The position numbers and the translations under genes are program-made. Below are positions 1 through 13,000 of a DNA stretch of 64,000 bases, in pieces. The notes beneath the pieces were generated by a model. It was not told where the DNA came from and did not search any database. It saw only the letters and a program-made list of their open reading frames with translations. Origin of the DNA: Nemertoderma westbladi (taxonomy: Eukaryota > Animalia > Xenacoelomorpha); the NCBI GenBank assembly GCA_032718475.1, contig JAUCBJ010006506.1:1-64000 (forward strand), read 5' to 3'. Numbering within the stretch: position 1 is the first letter of the stretch; the number at the start of each line of letters is the position of its first letter.

Positions 1-786
1 CCATGCCTTTCCCTTACGTATTCGAAGGTCCTCACCTGACTTCCGGATCCATGATCCCAGGTAACAGAAGTCGTCCACATGCTCAAGCATACAATCCTTT
101 GAGCTTATGCTCATCCGATCAGAGACTTGCTGAGGACTTTCAAAGTTAACTGTCAGAATTTTGGTCTTTCTGGAGTTAATAACAAGACCAACACTAGAAG
201 CAGCATGTTCTAATGAGCTGAGGAGCCGTTGGGTTCCCTCTAATGATTCTGAGAGTACTCCTAAGTCATCAGCAAAGTCTAGATCAGTTAGGTACTTGGC
301 AGGATTTCCTCGACTTCTGGAGCCAGTAGGTGGAGTTATCATCACCCCATCATCATTATAATGATCTAAGGACATACGTAGAACATTGTCAACCACAATA
401 ATGAACAAGAATGGTGCAAGTGTGTCTCCTTGGAGAACGCCCCATAACACTTCAAATGGTTCTGTGTCACCATCAACAGTAGACACAAATGTTGTCGAAC
501 CATCGTATACTGATCTGATTGCTGCAATAATTTCATCAGGAATCCCATATAATGAAAGTATGCTGAACATACGTGAGCGAGAGACTGAATCAAAGGCCTT
601 GAAGAAGTCAACAAAAATAACAGCCAGATGCCTGTCTTTCTTTTTTGATAACTCTTCAATTATCCTTCTAAGTGCCAAAATGGGCTCCATGGTCCCACGA
701 CCTTTACGGAACCCATTCTGATTTCCACGGAGCAGCCTCTCAATGGGATCCCTGATGCGATTTAATAGAATCCTATTGTATAGCTC
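1..786 (-). mobile_element. 5'-truncated non-LTR retrotransposon (LINE, RTE/RTEX-like); continues beyond the left window edge
   Basis: The minus-strand frame is stop-free from 789 to 1 and contains ordered non-LTR RT motifs. RT similarity stops abruptly at ~783-786 (ELYNRILLNRI), with TGA at 792-790 and AT-rich sequence beyond. The clade assignment comes from recalled motif resemblance only. Confidence 0.9.
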
Positions 787-789
787 ATT
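1..789 (-). CDS. Partial reverse transcriptase domain of LINE ORF2 (no start codon; probably a dead-on-arrival copy)
   Basis: Manual translation: ELYNRILLNRIRDPIERLLRGNQNGFRKGRGTMEPILALRRIIEE...AVIFVDFFKAFDSVSR...GVLQGDTLAPFLFIIVVD...YLTDLDFADDLGVLS...GLVINSRKTK...EHVDDFCYLGSWI...DLRIRKGKAW. It contains QNGFR (720-706), DFxKAFD (609-589), QGD (432-424), catalytic FADD (276-265) and YLGS (63-52). Confidence 0.93.
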
Positions 790-849
790 TCACAACGCAA
801 ATTTGAAAACCTGAATAAAACAGATGTTGAAGTCTAAAAATAAAATCAA

Positions 850-855
850 ACTTAC
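850..855 (-). promoter_or_regulatory. 5' splice donor GTAAGT
   Basis: The plus strand reads acttac at 850-855, i.e. TG|GTAAGT on the minus strand, a perfect U2-type donor. It sits exactly where the transporter-like frame would otherwise hit TAA. Confidence 0.8.
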
Positions 856-1011
856 CAAATTCCAGCCTGACAGAAAAATCCCAAAAATACCATTAAATAA
901 TAATAGCCCAATACAGCGCCGCCTTCATCTATGTTCTTTAAACGTAGAATACTGCCAGCCAATAGGGAGGCAATGCCAATAGGTAGAAGCCAAACAATAG
1001 TTCGCATTAAC
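856..1011 (-). CDS. Internal coding exon (156 nt, phase 2/2) of a putative SLC1/EAAT-family dicarboxylate/amino acid:cation symporter, TM5-TM6 region
   Basis: Bounded by TATTTAATTTTTAG| (AG at 1013-1012) and |GTAAGT (855-850); length is divisible by 3. The peptide (R/K)LMRTIVWLLPIGIASLLAGSILRLKNIDEGGAVLGYYYLMVFLGFFCQAGI(W/C) aligns without gaps to the recalled SLC1 pattern W-x-x-P-[IV]-G-I-x-x-L-I-A-G-K-I...L-[GA]-x-Y-x-x-T-V-I-x-G-L-x-I-H. It lies inside track ORF 852..1055. Confidence 0.8.
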
Positions 1012-1048
1012 CTAAAAATTAAATAGGTACCAATGGATAGAGAGAGGT
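1012..1048 (-). promoter_or_regulatory. 3' splice acceptor with pyrimidine-rich tract (also the intronic part of the first satellite unit)
   Basis: The minus strand reads ACCTCTCTCTATCCATTGGTACCTATTTAATTTTTAG|GTTAATGCG, a T-rich tract ending in TAG immediately before the SLC1-like frame. Confidence 0.72.
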
Positions 1049-4000
1049 CAAACAATAGTTCGTATTAACATAAAAAATAAATAGGTACCAATGGATAGAG
1101 AGAGGTCAAACAATAGTTCGCATTAACCTAAAAAATAAATAGGTACCAATGGATAGAGAGAGGTCAAACAATAGTTCGTATTAACCTAAAAAATAAATAG
1201 GTACCAATGGATGGAGAGAGGTCAAACAATAGTTCGTATTAACATAAAAAATAAATAGGTACCAATGGATGGAGAGAGGTCAAACAATAGTTCGTATTAA
1301 CCTAAAAAATAAATAGGTACCAATGGATGGAGAGAGGTCAAACAATAGTTCGCATTAACATAAAAAATAAATAGGTACCAATGGATAGAGAGAGGTCAAA
1401 CAATAGTTCGTATTAACATAAAAAATAAATAGGTACCAATGGATAGAGAGAGGTCAAACAATAGTTCGCATTAACATAAAAAATAAATAGGTACCAATGG
1501 ATAGAGAGAGGTCAAACAATAGTTCGCATTAACATAAAAAATAAATAGGTACCAATGGATAGAGAGAGGTCAAACAATAGTTCGTATTAACATAAAAAAT
1601 AAATAGGTAACAATTGAGGGAGAGGTCAAACAATAGTTCGTATTAACATAAAAAATAAATAGGTACCAATGGATAGAGAGAGGTCAAACAATAGTTCGTA
1701 TTAACCTAAAAAATAAATAGGTACCAATGGATAGAGAGAGGTCAAACAATAGTTCGCATTAACATAAAAAATAAATAGGTACCAATGGATAGAGAGAGGT
1801 CAAACAATAGTTCGTATTAACATAAAAAATAAATAGGTACCAATGGATAGAGAGAGGTCAAACAATAGTTCGCATTAACATAAAAAATAAATAGGTACCA
1901 ATGGATAGAGAGAGGTCAAACAATAGTTCGCATTAACATAAAAAATAAATAGGTACCAATGGATAGAGAGAGGTCAAACAATAGTTCGTATTAACATAAA
2001 AAATAAATAGGTACCAATGGATAGAGAGAGGTCAAACAATAGTTCGTATTAACATAAAAAATAAATAGGTACCAATGGATAGAGAGAGGTCAAACAATAG
2101 TTCGTATTAACATAAAAAATAAATAGGTACCAATGGATAGAGAGAGGTCAAACAATAGTTCGCATTAACATAAAAAATAAATAGGTACCAATGGATAGAG
2201 AGAGGTCAAACAATAGTTCGCATTAACATAAAAAATAAATAGGTACCAATGGATAGAGAGGTCAAACAATAGTTCGCATTAACATAAAAAATAAATAGGT
2301 ACCAATGGATAGAGAGAGGTCAAACAATAGTTCGTATTAACATAAAAAATAAATAGGTACCAATGGATAGAGAGAGGTCAAACAATAGTTCGTATTAACA
2401 TAAAAAATAAATAGATACCAATTGATAGAGAGAGGTCAAACAATAGTTCGTATTAACATAAAAAATAAATAGGTACCAATGGATAGAGAGAGGTCAAACA
2501 ATAGTTCGCATTAACATAAAAAATAAATAGGTAACAATGGATAGAGAGAGGTCAAACAATAGTTCGTATTAACATAAAAAATAAATAGGTACCAATGGAT
2601 AGAGAGAGGTCAAACAATAGTTCGTATTAACCTAAAAAATAAATAGGTACCAATGGATAGAGAGAGGTCAAACAATAGTTCGCATTAACATAAAAAATAA
2701 ATAGGTAACAATGGATAGAGAGGTCAAACAATAGTTCGTATTAACATAAAAAATAAATAGGTAACAATGGATAGAGAGAGGTCAAACAATAGTTCGCATT
2801 AACATAAAAAATAAATAGGTAACAATGGATAGAGAGAGGTCAAACAATAGTTCGTATTAACATAAAAAATAAATAGGTAACAATGGATAGAGAGAGGTCA
2901 AACAATAGTTCGCATTAACCTAAAAAATAAATAGGTACCAATGGATAGAGAGGTCAAACAATAGTTCGTATTAACATAAAAAATAAATAGGTACCAAAGG
3001 ATAGAGAGAGGTCAAACAATAGTTCGTATTAACATAAAAAATAAATAGGTAACAATGGATAGAGAGAGGTCAAACAATAGTTCGCATTAACATAAAAAAT
3101 AAATAGGTACCAATGGATAGAGAGAGGTCAAACAATAGTTCGTATTAACATAAAAAATAAATAGGTAACAATGGATAGAGAGAGGTCAAACAATAGTTCG
3201 TATTAACATAAAAAATAAATAGGTAACAATGGATAGAGAGAGGTCAAACAATAGTTCGTATTAACATAAAAAATAAATAGGTACCAATGGATAGAGAGAG
3301 GTCAAACAATAGTTCGCATTAACCTAAAAAATAAATAGGTACCAATGGATAGAGTGAGGTCAAACAATAGTTCGCATTAACATAAAAAATAAATAGGTAC
3401 CAATGGATAGAGAGAGGTCAAACAATAGTTCGCATTAACCTAAAAAATAAATAGGTACCAATGGATAGAGAGAGGTCAAACAATAGTTCGTATTAACATA
3501 AAAAATAAATAGGTACCAATGGATAGAGAGAGGTCAAACAATAGTTCGTATTAACATAAAAAATAAATAGGTACCAATGGATAGAGAGAGGTCAAACAAT
3601 AGTTCGTATTAACATAAAAAATAAATAGGTACCAATGGATAGAGAGAGGTCAAACAATAGTTCGTATTAACATAAAAAATAAATAGGTACCAATTGATAG
3701 AGAGAGGTCAAACAATAGTTCGTATTAACATAAAAAATAAATAGGTACCAATGGATAGAGAGAGGTCAAACAATAGTTCGCATTAACATAAAAAATAAAT
3801 AGGTAACAATGGATAGAGAGAGGTCAAACAATAGTTCGTATTAACATAAAAAATAAATAGGTACCAATGGATAGAGAGAGGTCAAACAATAGTTCGTATT
3901 AACCTAAAAAATAAATAGGTAACAATTGAGGGAGAGGTCAAACAATAGTTCCCATTAACCTAAAAAATAAATAGGTACCAATGGATAGAGAGAGGTCAAA

Positions 4001-7000
4001 CAATAGTTCGTATTAACATAAAAAATAAATAGGTACCAATGGATAGAGAGAGGTCAAACAATAGTTCGTATTAACATAAAAAATAAATAGGTACCAATGG
4101 ATAGAGAGAGGTCAAACAATAGTTCGCATTAACATAAAAAATAAATAGGTACCAATGGATAGAGAGAGGTCAAACAATAGTTCGCATTAACATACAAAAT
4201 AAATAGGTAACAATTGAGGGAGAGGTCAAACAATAGTTCGCATTAACATAAAAAATAAATAGGTAACAATTGAGGGAGAGGTCAAACAATAGTTCGCATT
4301 AACATAAAAAATAAATAGGTACCAATGGATAGAGAGAGGTCAAACAATAGTTCGTATTAACATAAAAAATAAATAGGTACCAATGGATAGAGAGAGGTCA
4401 AACAATAGTTCGCATTAACCTAAAAAATAAATAGGTACCAATGGATAGAGAGAGGTCAAACAATAGTTCGTATTAACATAAAAAATAAATAGGTACCAAT
4501 GGATAGAGAGGTCAAACAATAGTTCGCATTAACCTAAAAAATAAATAGGTACCAATGGATAGAGAGAGGTCAAACAATAGTTCGTATTAACATAAAAAAT
4601 AAATAGGTACCAATGGATAGAGAGAGATCAAACAATAGTTCGTATTAACCTAAAAAATAAATAGTTACCAATGGATAGAGAGAGGTCAAACAATAGTTCG
4701 TATTAACATAAAAAATAAATAGGTACCAATGGATAGAGAGAGGTCAAACAATAGTTCGCATTAACATAAAAAATAAATAGGTACCAATGGATAGAGAGAG
4801 GTCAAACAATAGTTCGCATTAACCTAAAAAATAAATAGGTACCAATGGATAGAGAGAGGTCAAACAATAGTTCGTATTAACATAAAAAATAAATAGGTAC
4901 CAATGGATAGAGAGAGGTCAAACAATAGTTCGTATTAACATAAAAAATAAATAGGTACCAATGGATAGAGAGAGGTCAAACAATAGTTCGTATTAACATA
5001 AAAAATAAATAGGTACCAATGGATAGAGAGAGATCAAACAATAGTTCGTATTAACCTAAAAAATAAATAGGTACCAATGGATAGAGAGAGGTCAAACAAT
5101 AGTTCGTATTAACCTAAAAAATAAATAGGTACCAATGGATAGAGAGATCAAACAATAGTTCGTATTAACATAAAAAATAAATAGGTACCAATGGATAGAG
5201 AGAGGTCAAACAATAGTTCGTATTAACCTAAAAAATAAATAGGTACCAATGGATAGAGAGAGGTCAAACAATAGTTCGTATTAACATAAAAAATAAATAG
5301 GTACCAATGGATAGAGAGATCAAACAATAGTTCGTATTAACATAAAAAATAAATAGGTACCAATGGATAGAGAGAGGTCAAACAATAGTTCGCGTTAACA
5401 TAAAAAATAAATAGGTACCAATGGATAGAGAGAGGTCAAACAATAGTTCGCATTAACATAAAAAATAAATAGGTACCAATGGATAGAGAGAGGTCAAACA
5501 ATAGTTCGTATTAACATAAAAAATAAATAGGTACCAATGGATAGAGAGAGGTCAAACAATAGTTCGTATTAACATAAAAAATAAATAGGTACCAATGGAT
5601 AGAGAGAGGTCAAACAATAGTTCGTATTAACATAAAAAATAAATAGGTACCAATGGATAGAGAGAGGTCAAACAATAGTTCGTATTAACATAAAAAATAA
5701 ATAGATACCAATGGATAGAGAGATCAAACAATAAATAGGTACCAATGGATAGAGAGATCAAACAATAGTTCGTATTAACATAAAAAATAAATAGGTACCA
5801 ATGGATAGAGAGAGGTCAAACAATAGTTCGTATTAACATAAAAAATAAATAGGTACCAATGGATAGAGAGAGGTCAAACAATAGTTCGTATTAACATAAA
5901 AAATAAATAGGTACCAATGGATAGAGAGAGGTCAAACAATAGTTCGTATTAACATAAAAAATAAATAGGTACCAATGGATAGAGAGAGGTCAAACAATAG
6001 TTCGCATTAACATAAAAAATAAATAGGTACCAATGGATAGAGAGAGGTCAAACAATAGTTCGCATTAACATAAAAAATAAGTAGGTACCAATGGATAGAG
6101 AGGTCAAACAATAGTTCGTATTAACATAAAAAATAAATAGGTACCAATGGATAGAGAGAGGTCAAACAATAGTTCGCATTAACATAAAAAATAAGTAGGT
6201 ACCAATGGATAGAGAGGTCAAACAATAGTTCGTATTAACATAAAAAATAAATAGGTACCAATGGATAGAGAGGTCAAACAATAGTTCGTATTAACATAAA
6301 AAATAAATAGGTACCAATGGATAGAGAGAGGTCAAACAATAGTTCGTATTAACATAAAAAATAAATAGGTACCAATGGATAGAGAGAGGTCAAACAATAG
6401 TTCGCATTAACATAAAAAATAAGTAGGTACCAATGGATAGAGAGGTCAAACAATAGTTCGTATTAACATAAAAAATAAATAGGTACCAATGGATAGAGAG
6501 GTCAAACAATAGTTCGTATTAACATAAAAAATAAATAGGTACCAATGGATAGAGAGAGGTCAAACAATAGTTCGTATTAACCTAAAAAATAAATAGGTAC
6601 CAATGGATAGAGAGAGATCAAACAATAGTTCGTATTAACATAAAAAATAAATAGGTACCAATGGATAGAGAGAGGTCAAACAATAGTTCGCATTAACATA
6701 AAAAATAAGTAGGTACCAATGGATAGAGAGAGGTCAAACAATAGTTCGCATTAACATAAAAAATAAGTAGGTACCAATGGATAGAGAGAGGTCAAACAAT
6801 AGTTCGTATTAACATAAAAAATAAATAGGTACCAATGGATAGAGAGAGGTCAAACAATAGTTCGCATTAACATAAAAAATAAGTAGGTACCAATGGATAG
6901 AGAGGTCAAACAATAGTTCGTATTAACATAAAAAATAAATAGGTACCAATGGATAGAGAGGTCAAACAATAGTTCGTATTAACATAAAAAATAAATAGGT

Positions 7001-10000
7001 ACCAATGGATAGAGAGAGGTCAAACAATAGTTCGCATTAACATAAAAAATAAATAGGTACCAATGGATAGAGAGGTCAAACAATAGTTCGTATTAACATA
7101 AAAAATAAATAGGTACCAATGGATAGAGAGAGGTCAAACAATAGTTCGTATTAACCTAAAAAATAAATAGGTACCAATGGATAGAGAGAGATCAAACAAT
7201 AGTTCGTATTAACATAAAAAATAAATAGGTACCAATGGATAGAGAGAGGTCAAACAATAGTTCGTATTAACATAAAAAATAAATAGGTACCAATGGATAG
7301 AGAGAGGTCAAACAATAGTTCGTATTAACATAAAAAATAAATAGGTACCAATGGATAGAGAGAGATCAAACAATAGTTCGTATTAACCTAAAAAATAAAT
7401 AGGTACCAATGGATAGAGAGATCAAACAGTAGTTCGTATTAACATAAAAAATAAATAGGTACCAATGAATAGAGAGAGGTCAAACAATAGTTCGTATTAA
7501 CATAAAAAATAAATAGGTACCAATGGATAGAGAGATCAAACAATAAATAGGTACCAATGGATAGAGAGGTCAAACAATAGTTCGTATTAACATAAAAAAT
7601 AAATAGGTACCAATGGATAGAGAGAGGTCAAACAATAGTTCGTATTAACATAAAAAATAAATAGGTACCAATGGATAGAGAGAGGTCAAACAATAGTTCG
7701 CATTAACATAAAAAATAAATAGGTACCAATGGATAGAGAGAGGTCAAACAATAGTTCGCGTTAACATAAAAAATAAATAGGTACCAATGGATAGAGAGAG
7801 GTCAAACAATAGTTCGTATTAACATAAAAAATAAATAGGTACCAATGGATAGAGAGAGGTCAAACAATAGTTCGTATTAACATAAAAAATAAATAGGTAC
7901 CAATGGATACAGGAGGTAAAACAATAGTTCGTATTAACATAAAAAATAAATAGGTACCAATGGATAGAGAGGTCAAACAATAGTTCGTATTAACATAAAA
8001 TATAAATAGGTAACAATTGAGGGAGAGGTCAAACAATAGTTCGCATTAACATAAAAAATAAATAGGTACCAATGGATAGAGAGAGGTCAAACAATAGTTC
8101 GTATTAACATAAAAAATAAATAGGTACCAATGGATAGAGAGAGGTCAAACAATAGTTCGCATTAACCTAAAAAATAAATAGGTACCAATGGATAGAGAGA
8201 GGTCAAACAATAGTTCGTATTAACATAAAAAATAAATAGGTACCAATGGATAGAGAGGTCAAACAATAGTTCGCATTAACCTAAAAAATAAATAGGTACC
8301 AATGGATAGAGAGAGGTCAAACAATAGTTCGTATTAACATAAAAAATAAATAGGTACCAATGGATAGAGAGAGGTCAAACAATAGTTCGTATTAACATAA
8401 AAAATAAATAGGTACCAATGGATAGAGAGAGGTCAAACAATAGTTCGTATTAACATAAAAAATAAATAGGTACCAATGGATAGAGAGAGGTCAAACAATA
8501 GTTCGTATTAACATAAAAAATAAATAGGTACCAATGGATAGAGAGGTCAAACAATAGTTCGCATTAACCTAAAAAATAAATAGGTACCAATGGATAGAGA
8601 GAGATCAAACAATAGTTCGCATTAACCTAAAAAATAAATAGGTACCAATGGATAGAGAGAAGTCAAACAATAGTTCGCATTAACATAAAAAATAAATAGG
8701 TACCAATGGATAGAGAGAGGTCAAACAATAGTTCGCATTAACCTAAAAAATAAATAGGTACCAATGGATAGAGAGAAGTCAAACAATAGTTCGCATTAAC
8801 ATAAAAAATAAATAGGTACCAATGGATAGAGAGAGGTCAAACAATAGTTCGTATTAACATAAAAAATAAATAGGTACCAATGGATAGAGAGAGGTCAAAC
8901 AATAGTTCGTATTAACCTAAAAAATAAATAGGTACCAATGGATAGAGAGAAGTCAAACAATAGTTCGCATTAACATAAAAAATAAATAGGTACCAATGGA
9001 TAGAGAGAGGTCAAACAATAGTTCGTATTAACATAAAAAATAAATAGGTACCAATGGATAGAGAGAGGTCAAACAATAGTTCGTATTAACATAAAAAATA
9101 AATAGGTACCAATGGATAGAGAGAGGTCAAACAATAGTTCGCATTAACATAAAAAATAAATAGGTACCAATGGATAGAGAGAGGTCAAACAATAGTTCGT
9201 ATTAACATAAAAAATAAATAGGTACCAATGGATAGAGAGATCAAACAATAGTTCGCATTAACATAAAAAATAAATAGGTAACAATGGATAGAGAGAGGTC
9301 AAACAATAGTTCGTATTAACATAAAAAATAAATAGGTACCAATGGATAGAGAGATCAAACAATAGTTCGCATTAACATAAAAAATAAATAGGTACCAATG
9401 GATAGAGAGAGGTCAAACAATAGTTCGTATTAACATAAAAAATAAATAGGTAACAATGGATAGAGAGAGGTCAAACAATAGTTCGCATTAACATAAAAAA
9501 TAAATAGGTAACAATGGATAGAGAGAGATCAAACAATAGTTCGTATTAACATAAAAAATAAATAGGTACCAATGGATAGAGAGAGGTCAAACAATAGTTC
9601 GCATTAACATAAAAAATAAATAGGTAACAATGGATAGAGAGAGATCAAACAATAGTTCGTATTAACATAAAAAATAAATAGGTACCAATGGATAGAGAGA
9701 GGTCAAACAATAGTTCGCATTAACATAAAAAATAAATAGGTACCAATGGATAGAGAGAGGTCAAACAATAGTTCGTATTAACATAAAAAATAAATAGGTA
9801 CCAATGGATAGAGAGATCAAACAATAGTTCGTATTAACATAAAAAATAAATAGGTACCAATGGATAGAGAGAGGTCAAACAATAGTTCGCATTAACATAA
9901 AAAATAAATAGGTACCAATGGATAGAGAGAGGTCAAACAATAGTTCGTATTAACATAAAAAATAAATAGGTACCAATGGATAGAGAGAGGTCAAACAATA

Positions 10001-13000
10001 GTTCGCATTAACATAAAAAATAAATAGGTAACAATGGATAGAAAGAGGTCAAACAATAGTTCGCATTAACATAAAAAATAAATAGGTACCAATGGATAGA
10101 GAGAGGTCAAACAATAGTTCGCATTAACATAAAAAATAAATAGGTACCAATGGATAGAGAGAGGTCAAACAATAGTTCGTATTAACATAAAAAATAAATA
10201 GGTACCAATGGATAGAGAGAGGTCAAACAATAGTTCGTATTAACATAAAAAATAAATAGGTAACAATGGATAGAGAGAGGTCAAACAATAGTTCGCATTA
10301 ACATAAAAAATAAATAGGTAACAATGGATAGAGAGAGATCAAACAATAGTTCGTATTAACATAAAAAATAAATAGGTACCAATGGATAGAGAGAGGTCAA
10401 ACAATAGTTCGCATTAACATAAAAAATAAATAGGTAACAATGGATAGAGAGAGATCAAACAATAGTTCGTATTAACATAAAAAATAAATAGGTACCAATG
10501 GATAGAGAGAGGTCAAACAATAGTTCGCATTAACATAAAAAATAAATAGGTACCAATGGATAGAGAGAGGTCAAACAATAGTTCGTATTAACATAAAAAA
10601 TAAATAGGTACCAATGGATAGAGAGATCAAACAATAGTTCGTATTAACATAAAAAATAAATAGGTACCAATGGATAGAGAGATCAAACAATAGTTCGTAT
10701 TAACATAAAAAATAAATAGGTACCAATGAATAGAGAGAGGTCAAACAATAGTTCGTATTAACATAAAAAATAAATAGGTACCAATGGATAGAGAGAGGTC
10801 AAACAATAGTTCGTATTAACATAAAAAATAAATAGGTACCAATGGATAGAGAGATCAAACAATAGTTCGCATTAACATAAAAAATAAATAGGTACCAATG
10901 GATAGAGAGAGGTCAAACAATAGTTCGCATTAACATAAAAAATAAATAGGTACCAATGGATAGAGAGAGGTCAAACAATAGTTCGTATTAACATAAAAAA
11001 TAAATAGGTACCAATGGATAGAGAGAGGTCAAACAATAGTTCGTATTAACATAAAAAATAAATAGGTACCAATGGATAGAGAGATCAAACAATAGTTCGC
11101 ATTAACATAAAAAATAAATAGGTACCAATGGATAGAGAGAGGTCAAACAATAGTTCGCATTAACATAAAAAATAAATAGGTACCAAAGGATAGAGAGATC
11201 AAACAATAGTTCGCATTAACATAAAAAATAAATAGGTACCAATGGATAGAGAGATCAAACAATAGTTCGCATTAACATAAAAAATAAATAGGTACCAATG
11301 GATAAAGAGAGGTCAAACAATAGTTCGCATTAACATAAAAAATAAATAGGTACCAATGGATAGAGAGATCAAACAATAGTTCGTATTAACATAAAAAATA
11401 AATAGGTACCAATGGATAGAGAGAGGTCAAACAATAGTTCGTATTAACATAAAAAATAAATAGGTACCAATGGATAGAGAGATCAAACAATAGTTCGCAT
11501 TAACATAAAAAATAAATAGGTACCAATGGATAGAGAGATCAAACAATAGTTCGTATTAACATAAAAAATAAATAGGTACCAATGAATAGAGAGAGGTCAA
11601 ACAATAGTTCGTATTAACATAAAAAATAAATAGGTACCAATGGATAGAGAGAGGTCAAACAATAGTTCGCATTAACCTAAAAAATAAATAGGTACCAATG
11701 GATAGAGAGATCAAACAATAGTTCGTATTAACATAAAAAATAAATAGGTACCAATGGATAGAGAGAGGTCAAACAATAGTTCGTATTAACATAAAAAATA
11801 AATAGGTACCAATGGATAGGGAGAGGTCAAACAATAGTTCGTATTAACATAAAAAATAAATAGGTACCAATGGATAGAGAGAGGTCAAACAATAGTTCGT
11901 ATTAACATAAAAAATAAATAGGTACCAATGGATAGAGAGATCAAACAATAGTTCGCATTAACATAAAAAATAAATAGGTACCAATGGATAGAGAGATCAA
12001 ACAATAGTTCGTATTAACATAAAAAATAAATAGGTACCAATGAATAGAGAGAGGTCAAACAATAGTTCGTATTAACATAAAAAATAAATAGGTACCAATG
12101 GATAGAGAGAGGTCAAACAATAGTTCGCATTAACCTAAAAAATAAATAGGTACCAATGGATAGAGAGATCAAACAATAGTTCGTATTAACATAAAAAATA
12201 AATAGGTACCAATGGATAGAGAGAGGTCAAACAATAGTTCGTATTAACATAAAAAAAAAATAGGTACCAATGGATAGAGAGATCAAACAATAAATAGGTA
12301 CCAATGGATAGAGAGAGGTCAAACAATAGTTCGTATTAACATAAAAAATAAATAGGTACCAATGGATAGAGAGATCAAACAATAGTTCGTATTAACATAA
12401 AAAATAAATAGGTACCAATGGATAGAGAGAGGTCAAACAATAGTTCGTATTAACATAAAAAATAAATAGGTACCAATGGATAGAGAGAGGTCAAACAATA
12501 GTTCGCATTAACATAAAAAATAAATAGGTACCAATGGATAGAGAGATCAAACAATAGTTCGCATTAACATAAAAAATAAATAGGTACCAATGGATAGAGA
12601 GATCAAACAATAGTTCGTATTAACATAAAAAATAAATAGGTACCAATGGATAGAGAGATCAAACAATAGTTCGCATTAACATAAAAAATAAATAGGTACC
12701 AATGGATAGAGAAATCAAACAATAGTTCGTATTAACATAAAAAATAAATAGGTACCAATGAATAGAGAGAGGTCAAACAATAGTTCGTATTAACATAAAA
12801 AATAAATAGGTACCAATGGATAGAGAGAGGTCAAACAATAGTTCGCATTAACCTAAAAAATAAATAGGTACCAATGGATAGAGAGATCAAACAATAGTTC
12901 GTATTAACATAAAAAATAAATAGGTACCAATGGATAGAGAGAGGTCAAACAATAGTTCGTATTAACATAAAAAATAAATAGGTACCAATGGATAGAGAGA

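Noticed and set aside
161-721. Track ORFs 161..361(+), 366..659(-) and 386..721(+)
   Set aside because: They are antisense or off-frame shadows of the RT reading frame.
762-855. A 45-nt intron (855-811, ending TTTTATTCAG) followed by a next exon
   Set aside because: The spliced frame gives WFSNLRCEMSYTIGFY-stop, running into the LINE. It does not resemble the LPxxYF...KNP continuation expected for SLC1, so it is at most a cryptic acceptor.
1012-1055. N-terminus MFDLSLSIGTYLIF of ORF 852..1055 as a standalone small protein
   Set aside because: This part is repeat/intron sequence with a TTG start. The ORF is better explained as an internal exon plus read-through into the flanking introns.
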